Below are positions 41,985 to 55,761 of a stretch of 64,000 nt of DNA, piece after piece. The stretch comes from Octopus vulgaris (taxonomy: Eukaryota), in contig OX597814.1 of the NCBI GenBank assembly GCA_951406725.2, positions 149,358,001 through 149,422,000 on the forward strand, given 5' to 3'. Both the position numbers and the translations under genes were made by a program. Under the pieces are notes generated by a model. It was given only the letters and a program-made list of their open reading frames with translations. It had not been told where the DNA came from and made no database searches. How positions within the stretch are numbered: position 1 is the first letter of the stretch; each line of letters opens with the position of its first letter.

Positions 41985-42574
41985 GAGTTCCGGATCCTAG
42001 TAATAAACTCATTTGCATACAACCAATCAGAGCTCACCTAGAAAATTCACATAATGTGTACAATTGCAGCACAGCCAGTCAGGTGTATGCCACTCTGTGA
42101 ATACAGCATTGCAGGTCTCACATGAGCACCACATCCACCACATAAGCACGATTCTCGTAGATCAATGGAGTATCATCTCTATATAGGGCTAACTTAGCAA
42201 AACGATACGATGCCATATTGAATACGATGTTTCCAGATCAACACCAACATTTTTAATTAGGAATGTACTAAATCAGTCAAAAAATTAGGTAACTACACTC
42301 ATTTACATTTTCTAGTAAATTACGCAAACTGACAACACTTATGGCATCATCGGTGAGAAGCTCTCCATTCAGTTTATACACTAAATTTCACATTTGTCAC
42401 CCCTGTTAACCCGTTTAGAACAGTTGGACTTTGCTATAAGATATTTTCCACTGAACTCAACCAGAGTACTTTCGTTACTAGGTGGACAATAATTTGATAG
42501 TTGAGCTCTGATTGGTTGTGTGCAAATGAGTTCATAAGTAGGGTCCGAAACTCTCGTGGGGCCAAAAGATTTCG
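41985..42574. mobile_element. MITE-like insertion with ~60-bp imperfect TIRs
   Basis: aactcatttgcatacaaccaatcagagctca vs tgagctctgattggttgtgtgcaaatgagtt. Confidence 0.8.
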
Positions 42575-42883
42575 CGTCCAGGAAACGAAATATAATAAAA
42601 ACAGTGCTGGATAAAATTTCTATAGAATATCTGTAGGGATGACATTAACACGTGATTTAAATGTACTGCTAACACAGTAGTATACAGTATTGACTTATAA
42701 AAATGTTTAATATACTTTATATCATATTATGGTTGCATAACGAAATACTATTCGCCTACAAGTCATTAGTATTTACATACCTGTTTCCAGAATTGTGTTT
42801 AGTGCGTAAATTTATATGTCCAATAAGTTTATACGGCTATGTGTGGTGGCTTATATAACAAATGAGTTCGTGGATCATGGGTT

Positions 42884-42939
42884 AGATGGGTGCTGATGAA
42901 GGAGCAAAAACTCTCGACACAGGGGATATACGCCCATCT
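42884..42939 (+). ncRNA. Degenerate hammerhead motif, copy 2
   Basis: AGAUGGGUG-CUGAUGA-AGGAG(caaaaa)CUCUC-GACA-...-UA-CGCCCAUCU; 9-bp stem I. Confidence 0.65.
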
Positions 42940-43201
42940 TTTTCATCTTCGATTACATTGTTTACATCTGGTGTCTCGAATACGAAACGTCTCAACAAAA
43001 TCAGATGTAATTTCTATAGAAAATCTCTAGCGATGGCATTAACACGTTATTTAATTGCACTGCTAAAACGATATTCACGTTTAATATATTTGTAGCATAT
43101 TATGGTTGCATAGCGAAATATCGTGCACCTACCAGCCATTAATATAGAGTGATAGATGTTGCATGTATAAATATATATACCATATATGTGTGTGTGTGTG
43201 T

Positions 43202-43271
<70 letters not shown>

Positions 43272-43611
43272 AAACAGAATCTTGAGAGGTAGGTGAAATT
43301 GCCCTCGGAACTATGTACATACAAACACACATATATATATGTATCTGTGTGTGTGGATGTTTGTGTATTGACATATATATATATATATATATATACATGT
43401 GTGTATGTATATATATGCATGTGTATTAACATATATGAACATGTATAATTTACATATGTATATATATGTACATATAGTTATATATACATATACATATATA
43501 TGAACATAATTAAAGGTTAAGATCATTAAAATTAATGAATTTTATCAGTGATCAGCATATAAAAAAGACTTCTAGGTAAAATACATATATAGAGATATAT
43601 AGAGGTATTTA

Positions 43612-43889
43612 GTACAATTATACTTAAGGGCACAGAAGCTACTATGCCTATGTGCTTAAAATAGAGGCCAAATACATCCAACAACTGCAGATATTCACTT
43701 CCCATATATACACAGCTTGAGCTCAATCCAAAATTATCTGAATTATTTCATGATTTTTTACTCAGTCTGCTTTCCTGCTTTCAACCTGTGTACATATGTG
43801 GAGTGAATATCTCCAGTAGTTGGACGTATTTGGCGTCTATTTCCAGCGTTTAGGCATGGTAGCTTCTGTGTCTTTCAGTACAGTTGTAC
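43612..43889. mobile_element. Fold-back MITE-like element with ~110-bp imperfect arms
   Basis: cacagaagctactatgccta...tccaacaactgcagatattcact vs agtgaatatctccagtagttgga...taggcatggtagcttctgtg. Confidence 0.85.
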
Positions 43890-44124
43890 CCTATACAATT
43901 ATCTCTCACCCTGTCTCTCTTTCTCCCTTTCTCTCTCTCTCTATCTTTCTCTCTCTATATATATATATGTGTGTGTACGTAGGAATTATTAATGTGTATA
44001 AGTGAGATAATACTTGTTTTAAGATTGTTCATCTCGTTCATAATATATCCTTCAACAAATGACTAAGAAAAGTTTCAAAATTTTCGCAGTTACCAGAGTG
44101 TTGCATAACAGAAATCCTTTAGAG

Positions 44125-44424
44125 CAGTGATTCCTAAAGTGGATGGTACCGCCGCACTGGGTGCGGTGGAAAGATCCAGAGGGCGTCGAAGAAAAATGAG
44201 GCGATGATATGGTGACCAAAATGGGACAATGAATGTAAAAACAAAGACATAGAAACTATAGGTTTAATGAGGTAAAGATTTGTAAAATACTATTCTTTTG
44301 AATTTGTGAAATACTTTTGCTTTGAATTTCCTGGTCTATATCTGTGGTGGTGAGTGGAGGGGGCATTTGGAATGTGGCCTTAGAATCAAGCGGATGGGAG
44401 CCTGAAAAGTTTTGGGAACCACTG
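44125..44424. mobile_element. hAT-type non-autonomous element, 300 bp
   Basis: TIRs CAGTGATTCCTAAA / TTTGGGAACCACTG; flanking 8-mers cttTAgag and catTAatg. Confidence 0.75.
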
Positions 44425-44625
44425 CATTAATGCGTCGGACGAAATCTCTGTATGTTCTCAATTCAAATGTTTCTGAAGTGAATTTTGCGTTTCAGGCGTT
44501 ATTGGTCGATAAAATATATCACCAGCCAGTTACTAAGATCAAAATAAATCCATCATGCCCTTTTTCGTTAGGGGTGAAATTACGTCAGGGTTAGCCGTCA
44601 ATATTTCTAGTTATTTTCTCACACT

Positions 44626-44766
<141 letters not shown>

Positions 44767-44799
44767 TTGAGAAAGTAGGATACAGTAAAGAAATGTATA

Positions 44800-46060
44800 A
44801 AATATGGACAGAGAGTGAAACATAAATCATGAAATAAATAAATTCTAGTTATATCATTCAAACCATGAAGTAAATAGCAGTTATTTCAGTTGGAGCTGTA
44901 AAAGCGATAGTTTACCAATAAGAGTTTTAAAATATAGTTACATAGAAGAAGAAATTGAACAAGAAATAATTGAAAGCTCAATGAATCATTAGAAGAAATG
45001 CAGTGGTTGTGAGAAAGTTATATTTTACTTCATGGAAAGCAGGGATATTATAGAAGAAGATAAGAACTCAGTATTTAACAAAAGAAAGATTGGGATTACC
45101 AGCATTGAGAGGAAATGAAAATGAAATGTAAGTCTGTGAAAGTAGAAGAGAAAGTAGAAAATCTATTTCATAAAACTCTATTTCACACCAGTTGAGAATA
45201 TACCAAATGTTAATGTCATTACTTTTGTAGCCACTGTTGTAGAAAATGTCGAATTTAAAAGAATAGCAAATAATAAGTGTTCAAATGTTCATGGTGAAAA
45301 AATTAGAGTTGAGAAATAGGGCAAGCAGGTTAATAAAGAATTGGGAAAGAGAAATCAAAGACTGGGAATGAAATACATAAGGACGAACTTCAAAGAATGT
45401 ACATCAAGCGTAGATGAATATCAGCTGCTAAAATATAAGTGTGTAAACAACTAAGGCATAACCATTGCATAAAATACCAAAAGAGAATAAAGCATATAAG
45501 CAGAAGAGCTCTTCAGAAACAGAGAGTAGAAATTTTAACAATTGAACAATGAGAATAAGCATCGAGGGAATGAAAAGTAATGCTGAAGCAGCAAGAAATT
45601 TTTGATCAAGGAAGTTCAACACGAGAGAGAGCCTGGCCAGTGGCAGGAGTATAAAGTGATATAGAAATAGGCCAATGCAAAATAATAGTAATATTAGAAA
45701 AAAAATTCAGGATAATTCATTAAAACGTTATATTGCCAAACGTATTCACGGTAAAAATTTCACAAAAATGCACTGTTACATGTCACGTTTCATGCTGGAT
45801 TGTATAAAAAATGGAATATTAACAGGAATGACGATAAGACGAGTGTGCTTACAATAAAGAAAAAACGAAAAATCTGTAGGTATAGCCTATTATATGGTTG
45901 ACATATTTGTCTGGCAGTAGATAACAGGTTTCACAGCAGATGAATTGAATGATTTTCAGAAGACATAAATATTAACTGAAATCAAGGGAAAACTGCTTGT
46001 CATTGTATATCGAGAGAATGATAGTAAATAAAGTGTTGATAAGGAAAGAATAATATGATG
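44800..46060 (+). mobile_element. Possible degraded LINE ORF1 plus APE remnant
   Basis: Purine-rich coding-like tract; RKNEKSVGIAYY and GKLLVIVYRE resemble APE motifs. Confidence 0.35.
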
Positions 46061-46098
46061 TGAGAATGCTCGTGGCCAATCAGAAGATTAATAATTTA

Positions 46099-46155
<57 letters not shown>

Positions 46156-46210
46156 ATATGTATGTATGTGTGTATGTATGTATGTGTGTATGTATGTATG
46201 CATGTAATCT

Positions 46211-47638
46211 ATGGTTTCATTTGATGTAGTTAATTTATATACCAGTATACCTCATAATTATGGACTAGAGGCAATACAGTTCTGGCTGGACCAATTTCCG
46301 GAAGAAATACCAAAAATGATCAGTAAAGAATTCATTACTAAATCGGTTGAATTCATCCTACATAATAACCACTTCATGTTTGACAATACATCTTCCCGTC
46401 AAAAATGCGGATTTGCTATGGGTACAAGGGCAGCACCAGTCATTGCGAACCTAACAATGGGCTACCTGGAAATAATTGTATACCAGGAATCTTTATCGAC
46501 CTTTGGAAACCCCCTCTCTCAATACATAAAAGAGAATTTGGAACGATTCCTGGACGATTGTTTTATACTCTGGAATGAAAACACAGATAAACTCCTAAAA
46601 TTCAAAAACCTATTGAACAGCATCAACCCAAATATACAGTTCACAATGGAATACAACCAAAAGGAGCTTCCATTCTTAGATATACTAATTAAAAAACTTA
46701 ACCTTAAAATAGAAACAGTCATTTTTTACAAAGCCACAGACGCTAAACAATACCTACATTTTGATTCATGCCACCCAAGACACACTAAAACAAATATCCC
46801 TTTCAACCTTGCAAGAAGGATATGCACAATAGTGTCAGAACAAAATACCAAGAATCTTAGACTACAAGAACTCAAAAACACCCTAATTGACAGACACTAC
46901 CCAGCTCAACTCATAGAGGATGGGATCAGACGTGCAACAGAAATCGACATAGAAACTTTGAGAAAAAAGTTCAACACAACAACACACCTTCCCCGAAAAT
47001 ACTGCCTTACATATCCACATACAACCCCAGAAACAAAGAAGCCTTCACCATCATCACCCAGAATTTACCAATACTTCATAAGGACCCCAAATTAAAGGAA
47101 ATTCTTAACATACATAAAATCATTAAAAGCTACAAACAACCTAAATCACTTAAAAAGATTCTCACAAAGGCAAAATTGTTTTCTGAAATTACGGATGCAA
47201 AAGTGAAAGAAATGTGGTAGACCAAACTGCGCAACATGCCCAAACCTTCTAGAAGGATCAGAATTCCTCTTCAAAGAGGGACAAAAATTCAAGATCAAAT
47301 CTAATTTTACTTGTGCTTCTGAAAACATAATTTATGTCATAAGATGCTCGGGCTGCCACCAAAACTACGTGGGGTACACGGGACTATCACTCAGATGTAG
47401 ATGCACTCTGCATCGACAACAGATTGCATTCCCAGAATACAGAATGATACCCTTTAGTGAGCATATTGAGAAATGCGCAAAGCAACTACTACCACAATTT
47501 TTAATCTTTCCATTTTATCAATGTGCTATTGGAACACCAACACAAATTAGACTAAACAAGGAAACATTCTTCATTGAAAAATATAAGCCCAAACTTAACC
47601 ACTCTAACATTCTTATACAGAGAAATTCAGCCCATTAA
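46211..47638 (+). pseudogene. Penelope RT / GIY-YIG endonuclease, frameshifted
   Basis: SFDVVNLYTSIP, GFAMGTRAAP, RFLDD, LPFLD, YLHFDSCHP; CGRPNCATC; IIYVIRCSGCHQNYVGYT. Confidence 0.93.
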
Positions 47639-47947
47639 ATAAAAGGGAAAAGAAATATAAAGCGATTATCTCCCTTATACCGGAAAAAATCGCTTATTAC
47701 CTTCCCCTACCTGGAACTCTTCTTTGCACTTCATAACGACGACATAACACGATGTTTTGAGAAATTAACACGAAACCGGTAATTTCTTCAAAAACTATGT
47801 CACTGTATGAAAAAAATTTATAACATTCTTCTGACATAATGACTCAAATATATTTTTTAACCTTTTAAAACAAGCCTTCTGTAGTTTTTTCACTTTTTAC
47901 TATTTTCTATGTATTCAACCACGTGCTTTCACACACCAACTTTCTCA

Positions 47948-47950
<3 letters not shown>
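46211..47950 (+). mobile_element. 5'-truncated Penelope-like element (Neptune type) flanked by TA-rich microsatellites
   Basis: RT, Cys linker, GIY-YIG and 3' tail. Confidence 0.9.
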
Positions 47951-48015
<65 letters not shown>

Positions 48016-48026
48016 GTGTATATATG

Positions 48027-48592
48027 TTGGGTCATCCCATAAATAATGCAATTTTTTCAATTGCATGAACTAAAAGTCGGAAGGGGAGGGATAAACTACC
48101 TTGTTATAAAACCAGGTACTAATTTTATCTTCTTTTTAATTAAGGTGCAACTTTTGAAGAGTGCAGTTAGATTTTACCAGTTATTTTTTAAAGCTATAAT
48201 GGAAGTAACAAAAATGCATATGCGGCATAATTTGCTTTATTAATGCAGTATATGGGGATCGGACTGTATGCGTAAGCCAGTTTCAACGGTGGTTCCAGAA
48301 ATTTCGAGCCGGAAATGAGTCTCGTCCTAGAAGACGAGTCACGTCCTGGAAAATCTGTAGAGTTCAACGAGGACGTCCTGCAAACCCTGGTGGAACAAAA
48401 TCCCATCGCAACTCTTGAGGAACTCGCTGAGTAGCTTGGATTTGGTCATTCAGCCATTAATCGATACCTGAATGCCGTCCGAAAATGACCATTTTTGGTT
48501 TCCAGATGAAAAGTGTTCTTCTATTAGGATAATGATCGGCCACACACAGCGAGGATGACATAAAAAACCGCATTATTTTGAGGATGACCCAA
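48027..48592 (+). mobile_element. Internally deleted mariner retaining the N-terminal HTH region
   Basis: TIRs ttgggtcatcc...aataatgc / gcattatt..ggatgacccaa; RWFQKFRAG..LEDESRPGK. Confidence 0.9.
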
Positions 48593-48999
48593 TATATAAC
48601 CTTTTCCGAAATGTATATAGCACAATGCTCTAAATGTAATATGTAATGGATCAAATTATCAAGAAATGGAAAAAGTGGATATTTTTGACAGATAGAAGAC
48701 ATTACATGTCTTGCGATTGTGAGTCTGAAAAGCCTCTTCTGTGCATAGTGATTAAAGTCTGTTATATGCAGAGAGAAATCTGGATGAATTTACAAAACAG
48801 TGAAAGATTACATAAAGAGAAAGAATGTCATGAGAAATAGCGGGTAATCGATAAAAAGAATGCTACGTTTTCATTTCATCCAACAAAGCGATGTTGTAAA
48901 TTAAATGTAGTAAATTTAAGTACCAAAAAATTCACTATAAGCGCTGCTCTTCTATCTTGAGCTATCAATATTCAACAACATTCTCACGAGTCATAACTA

Positions 49000-49700
49000 T
49001 GTTTACAATTCACAGAATGGCAAAATCTACTCATTTTTGGCGAGAATCTTTGTCAAGATCTTTAACTCTTTCATGGGCAGAATTAATTATCACGCTTCAA
49101 CTAGCTCTAATTGTAATGTCCTCACTTTGCTGCCAGCTGCATTATTCGGCTTCCAAGCAAGATAGTAGAGAACAAGCCAAGTACGTGGAAATAGAATGCA
49201 TAAGACACACCATCACGTTCTGATGATTTTCGCCGAAAGCAACAGCTCAGTGATATGACGGTGTTGCAGTCGAGATCAATTTTTTAAAACAGATTGTCTC
49301 CCTGTTCGAGTGCCTCACGAAAATATCGAAGTAAACATCACAGTTCACTGATACCTGTTCTCTGCTCATTCAGAAAAGTAGTTAGGTGTTATTGGAAAAC
49401 ACTATACATTTGCTTGGAATCTGAGACTACGTGCCACCTACGCTCTGTCATAGAGCTAATTGTGACGTGTCGCAACTGCCTTTATGGCAAATTATGCGAA
49501 TTAAGTTCCGCCTCTACCACATAGAACCATCGAAAGGCCTTCGTGTCCTCATGTTTCGGGTTACGTTCTCAAGCTGACACAATTCTTGTTTTGTGAGTGT
49601 CTCCTTTGCGATGTCTTTACTAAGCAATTAACTAGTTTTGTTTCTACATTGATTTTTACAGCTATCATTCAAGCAAAGCTGTCGAATGTTTCTCTAATAT
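49000..49700 (-). mobile_element. Possible degraded L1/Tx1 ORF2 remnant
   Basis: Minus strand reads ELKILTKILAK (cf. ELKILAKVLA). Confidence 0.35.
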
Positions 49701-49729
49701 TCTCCTTATTGAGATGCCCCACAGTAATA

Positions 49730-51180
49730 ATGGTTTATTGTAAGAACACCATGATATATTACTCACTTAACAGTGTTTTGTACATGCCATTTGATCGAAA
49801 TGATGGCAGGAATGAAGTCAGAATACGAAATTTTATTTATTCTTGTTATAAATTATATTTTGAACGGATTCTAACAACAAAGAATTTGAATTGTATTGAA
49901 ATGGTAGCTCACCTGTATCAGTTATTCCCTGAAAATATTTGATGTTGCCGGCAATTTGGTTCAATCGATAACACATTTAATGTTAATACTGTGGAAATGT
50001 GTTAACGGAGGTCGAAAATATTTGGGAAGCGGTGTAATATAGAGGAGAAATAGCCACTGAAGATTATTTTAGATATTTTTTCATTGAAACGGTAGGATAT
50101 TCTGGGAAAATTATGCAAAAATACAGGACAACAGTCTTATATAAATATCATTTATGGAATATCTGAAGCATTCTGCAAAATATTGACAAAAAACGGAAAG
50201 CAGAAAATAAAACTCTGGTTCATCTTGTACGTCTTTGTTGTGAATATACAGGAATGATATTCGACATTTCAAAGTGTTGTTTAACGTTAAAATGAATACG
50301 GTAATCTTTTGAATATATTTGGAATAAATATTAGGAATATATTAGTAATACATGATGTTGAAAGGGATGCGTCTAAATCCCTTGGAATCCTAATGTCACA
50401 TCAGGATTTATCAGACATGAAAAGCAAAATAGAGGCTATGTGCATAGAAAGCCTAAACCTAAATATCAGCAACCACCTTATTGATTCAGTTAATCGTTGC
50501 TAGGTCACTGTTGTTCAATATGATATAGCAATTGTTTATTGAACCAAAATGAAAGAGGTTTGTTACACAAGTCTGCAGGAAAGATTATGACACAATATGA
50601 CAGCTTTCATCCACGATCCGATATGATAGTTTTTATTTATTTATTTTTTGCATGTATTTCTCTGTTTAATACTAAGGTGGAAAGGAGATTATTAATAAGC
50701 ATTGTGGAAAGAGAAGCAAAGTGAAAGAAAGAAGTCAGTTTTATATTTTGTTTTGCAAACAGAGGAAATAAACGTAGCCTAACTAAGGTATTGCGAGTTG
50801 CCAACTTAGATAAGAATAATATTGAAAAATAAGGCACAATACGGAGTTCGATTAGAATAAAATAACTCGGGCGTAAGAGAATATACGTCATGTATGGATA
50901 GTTTGCGAACCACACAATAGAGTGTAACACGAACGAATTCTGTGCAAAAGAGATTTGAAGAAAGCAAACAGAAGCCTTAGAGTAGATAACCAAGATCAAG
51001 TATTCAATGTAAAATCTGTTAGAAATGATATCTGCCACCTTTGTAGAGAGAAAACTGAGAAGTGGCAGACTTGTGAATAGCTGCAAACTAAGATGTATTA
51101 TAAACAATCACGATTGAAGATTGTATTAAGAATTCTGATTGCAAGTCAATGCCGAAAGTATAAATTTCAAGTCTTTAGAA
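49730..51180 (+). mobile_element. Old degraded R4/Dong-clade RT
   Basis: FMEYLKHSAK (cf. FMDDLKLYAK), GMIFDISKC, KSLGI, KIMTQYDSFHPRSD in the expected order. Confidence 0.65.
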
Positions 51181-52004
51181 AGTGTTAGAGACATTTAATT
51201 GAAAACCTCCTGTTAACAAAAAATACTATGAAACGCACATACACTATCAGATATTCCCAAACATACGACACACACATAATTCTTTGTTGGTACTCATACA
51301 TATACATACACGCAAACCATAAAATTTTCTCTTTTTTGATGTATTTATTTACAATTTTTATTTTATTTCGTGTAAATATATTCCTCTTTGTGAACAAATA
51401 CACTAGGGATTATATATAATAGAGAAAAAAGAAAGAATTAGAAAAAATAATTAACAAGAAACGCGGACGAAATGAAAATTTCAGAAGAAATTTAAAATAA
51501 ATTAAAAGTAACATTTTAATGTACAAAAGTCTTTATTCGACATTAAAAACATTCTGTGAATTTAAGTGAAATTCTATCTGTTATTTGTGAATACCTACAA
51601 CTTTAATGTAACCAAGTAACCAGACAGTGAAACAATAAATAATTTGTTAGGCTCAATCAATAAATCGATATAGGTTGATATAATGAGAAACTTCTCATGC
51701 AAACACAAACGTTTCTTGCCGTCTTCTTTACAATAAGGACCAATACAGTAAAGGAAAGGTTTACTAATTTGCTGTTTGCTGAGGAGTGTCTTTGTGTATG
51801 AGGATATAATATAAAACTTCCCAGCCATTGCTGATTCATTAATTTGCTTGACTAAATTAGTTGCCCTCAACAATCTCATCTGGAAAAACGACTTTTTGAT
51901 TTTGCTGTACATACTAACACCCCGCCACACGCACAACCCACATAAACATATACAAACAGATATACACATACTTACATGCATTCAGACATTTATAGAGACA
52001 GACA

Positions 52005-52042
52005 GATATATAGATGATAGATAGATGGATAGATAGATAGAC

Positions 52043-52125
<83 letters not shown>

Positions 52126-52126
52126 C
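52005..52126. repeat. (GATA)n microsatellite
   Basis: Seen directly. Confidence 0.95.
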
Positions 52127-53230
52127 ATGAGGAACTTCATATGTGTGTTTAAATTGTAGTATGTGGTAACCACAACATGGTAAATTGGCGCGATAGACTC
52201 GGCTCAGTTAATATGCAACATGTGGTCAATGTTTGCAAGGAAAAGCGTAAACCAGGACGGAGTTCTTGATGATTATCGTTATGCGTTTTTTTATTAATAA
52301 TGTTCTTGTTCTTGTTATTTACGTCTAGAACAGCTCAGATCGAGTAAATCCATAGAATACATTATTAAATATATTGCTTAAATTTTAAGAAAACAGTGCA
52401 ATTTGTGGAAAATATGACTACATTTTCTGTAATTTAGCAAAGCATAACAAACCTCCACGTGGATCAGTAGTTTTACTTCTAGTTCAAAATCACTAAGCAA
52501 GATGTTTAGTGGAGGCCCAGTGATAGACAGTGAGAGAGTAAACATTTCACAGTCTAGTTAAATATCAGTCACTGAAAATGCTCTGCTCATTCCTAATTCA
52601 TAGAATTATTACATTAGAGGTAGTGGCCAGGTGATGCGGTGTAAGCAGGGCCCATTGTTTTAATATTAATTAAAGCACAGATGAGTTATCATGTACGTTT
52701 CGTGATGTCTGGACTACAGAAGTTTTTTTAGTATAATCCTTGTATACCTCTTAACTGATAAAGAATAAACATTATTTATATAGCCTGTACCGATATATAT
52801 TATAAAATAGAATACAGTGCTTCATAATAAACCGTCTTAAAGACGTTCGCAATACAACTACCCCACATATTTACTCTTACTAGTTCCAAAGTAAAGGGCT
52901 GTGCCTATAGCTTTCCAGGGCCCTTGCACCGGTGAAACTGATGCTATGAATTTTTCTCTGGCTCTATGAAGTCAACACCTGCGGTGACATATAAGTAAGG
53001 AAGACATTCAAGACAGCCAGCATTCTTGGAAGAAATGCATAGGCGTAGTGACTTGTGCAAGGTCAGTGTGGTTAAACAAGAGGGAAGAGATGAGGAGAGA
53101 CGTATGTGACGAGAATTTCTGATCGGTGGTGGCTAGAGATCAAACTGCTTCAAAGAAGGAGGGCTATCTATTAGTTGTCGAAAGATGAGACAGTAAAACT
53201 GTGAGCCAGAGAATGGATCATACCTCTATA

Positions 53231-54114
53231 CGAGGTATGATCAATAAGTATCCCGACTGTTGCGATAGTAATGAATTTAAAACACGCAGAGGTAAAGCCG
53301 CTTGGGAAAAATTGACAGTAAACTTTATTGTTCATGCGCACTATTTTTTAGCGCCCTAGCTCACTTTTGCTGCTTACAACAGTGATTGGAAGGAACGTGT
53401 GTACGCGTGCTTTTCACATTGACAATGTCAGAGGAAGTTGTCATGGCGGTACCTGCTCAGAGACCAATGCAAAGTTACAGAATGTGTATGGACAGGAGTG
53501 TATGAGCCGCACACAAGTGTACGAGTGTTTCAGGTATTTCTAAGATGACCGAAAAAATTTCATAGCGACGAACTTCGGAGACCGGCAAACAGCAGAACAG
53601 AGAAAAACATCGCAGATGTATGTGCAGCTGTGAGGGGAAGTCGTCGAATCCTTGAATAATCAAAAGATGTGCAGATTAGTTATGATTTAGCTCAGTCCAG
53701 TATCACAGAAGATTTGGATATGAGACGCACGTCCGCCAAGTTTATGCCAAAACTGCTTTAAGCTGACCATAGAGTCACTCGGAATGCAGTTGCACAAGAT
53801 CTCGTTCATTGTGTCGAGAACAATGAAAACGTTTTGAACAGGTATCTGAACAGGTATCGCCAAGCTTTTGGCAAAATTGTACGCGTATTCTCTGCTCAAA
53901 TTTCTGTCATTGTCAATGCGACGATCACACGATACATACCTTCCTTCTAAGCACTGCCGTAAACACCGAAAGTTAACTAGAACGTTAAATTTTAGTGTTC
54001 TAACAAGAACAAGAACATCAGTGTTCAAGGTCAATCTATGCCAAGCGGCTTTACTCTGCATGATTTAACTTCGTTACTATGGCGACAGTCCGGATACTTA
54101 TTGATCAGACCACG
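53231..54114 (+). mobile_element. Mariner derivative with ~210-bp inverted arms
   Basis: TA|cgaggtatgatcaataagtatcc ... ggatacttattgatcagaccacg|TA; internal LQNVYGQECMSRTQVYE, SAKFMPKLL. Confidence 0.88.
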
Positions 54115-54631
54115 TATATGTTCAAATATATCTTCAAATATATATTACAATCATCGAATTTACTTTATATATTAGAAGATTATTGGAGTATGGTAATAAA
54201 ATGGACAATGCTAGATACACACAAATGTCAATAATATGATGGTGTTAGATCCCATTGATAAGGCTAAGATAAGTTTCGGCTCTGTACGACACATATAGAC
54301 ACATAAATACATACGTTTTGTGAGATTTTCTTCTGGTGCTAAGGATTTTTATTATCTCTATACATTCGTTATCATAGTGTCACCTAAATAATGTTTATAA
54401 ATATATGTGTACGAAATAGTGATTGCCGTGGCTTCTACGTAGCTAATGAAATGACAATGACTTGGCCATCATCATCATTTTAATTAGAATCATAAATATG
54501 TATAATAAATACTATGTTAGCCAAGTTCAATTTCTTACACCAGAGTTATTCTTTGTATATATCACGTTAAAGTTGAATTCCCACGGGAAATACGACTTAT
54601 TCCACTTTACTATAAAATCAAAATAATATTT

Positions 54632-54840
54632 TTTCTACTATAGATACAAGGCCTGAAATTGTTGGGGATGGGTTAGTCAATTACATCGACTTCAGTACCC
54701 AACTGGTACTAATTCTATCGCCCCCGAAAGCGATGAATGATAAAGCCGACCACGACGGAATGTGAACTCAGAACACAAAGACGGGCGATATGTCACTAAG
54801 TACTTTTACTGGCGTGCTGTCGATTCTGCTATCTTGCCAC
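54632..54840 (-). mobile_element. Old family-B SINE
   Basis: Diverged head, core and tail. Confidence 0.78.
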
Positions 54841-55683
54841 AATAGTAGATAGCCAAACGAGTGATGTGAGGAAAAATGTTGCTGCTGCTTCTACAAATCC
54901 ATGACAGCGTAAAGCAAGCAAATGCCACAATTACTAGCAACCAGCACCAACAAGCACTCGGAGATCAACAAAACAACCACCGTTACTGTACTACCAGCAA
55001 AGAAACAAACGTCGCCACAGCCATCATCACACCACTACTAAAAATAGACAATCCTTACAAAATGCCTTATTATTTACATGTGGTAATTTTCGAGCACAAT
55101 ATTTAGATTCAGTTTTCGTTGACTTGTGCATGCATTAAATAATCACAATAATAATGGACATTTATTTCTAGAAATATAAATTTTATTTTAATCATCATGA
55201 ATTATTCAACTTCCCAATGAAATAACCAGAAATATAAGGATACATGTATGCGGCATTATAAAACTATTGCAGTTCATATTTTTGTAATTTGAATGTCAGG
55301 TAATTTATTTATGCTTTGCAAGGTATTTGAAAGAGCAACATACAATAAAAATAACATAAATCAATATGAATTTATTTTCACTAATTTTATAGAAAATACA
55401 GCAGCAGCTAATAGTAAATGCTAGAAGCGGTGAGCATGTCTAAAAGTAAATTCACATAGTTAATGTTCCCTTATAATCTTACACATTTGCACTATATATG
55501 TGTGTACATTATTTACATTATTTACACTTGACGGATATTTGTCCTCATCTTGTTTGTTGTTAACACAACGTTTCGGCTGATATACCCTCCCAGGTGTCTT
55601 GGGGAAATTTCGAACTTGGGATCTCCATCCTAAGGTATTTATCGATGTTGCTGTTGTTGTTGTTGTTATTATTACTATTATTC

Positions 55684-55748
55684 AGGTCACTGCCTGGAAT
55701 CGAACTCGGAATCTTGGGGTTAGTAGCCCGCGCTCTTAACCACTATGC
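55684..55748 (-). ncRNA. tRNA-like Pol III head (left arm)
   Basis: A box TAGTGGTTAAG and B box GAGTTCGATTCC on the minus strand. Confidence 0.75.
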
Positions 55749-55761
55749 AATATGCTCGTGA

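Larger units (their letters stand above)
41840..43132 (+). mobile_element. Tandem dimer of a ~400-bp HHR-bearing unit; first unit split by a MITE
   Basis: aatgagttcgtggat, aatttctataga and catattatggttgcata recur in both units. Confidence 0.75.

Noticed and set aside
49207-49264. CTGATGA-TTTTCGCC-GAAA-GC..GC-TC hammerhead-like string
   Set aside because: No stem II, and it lies antisense within a probable LINE ORF2 remnant; likely chance
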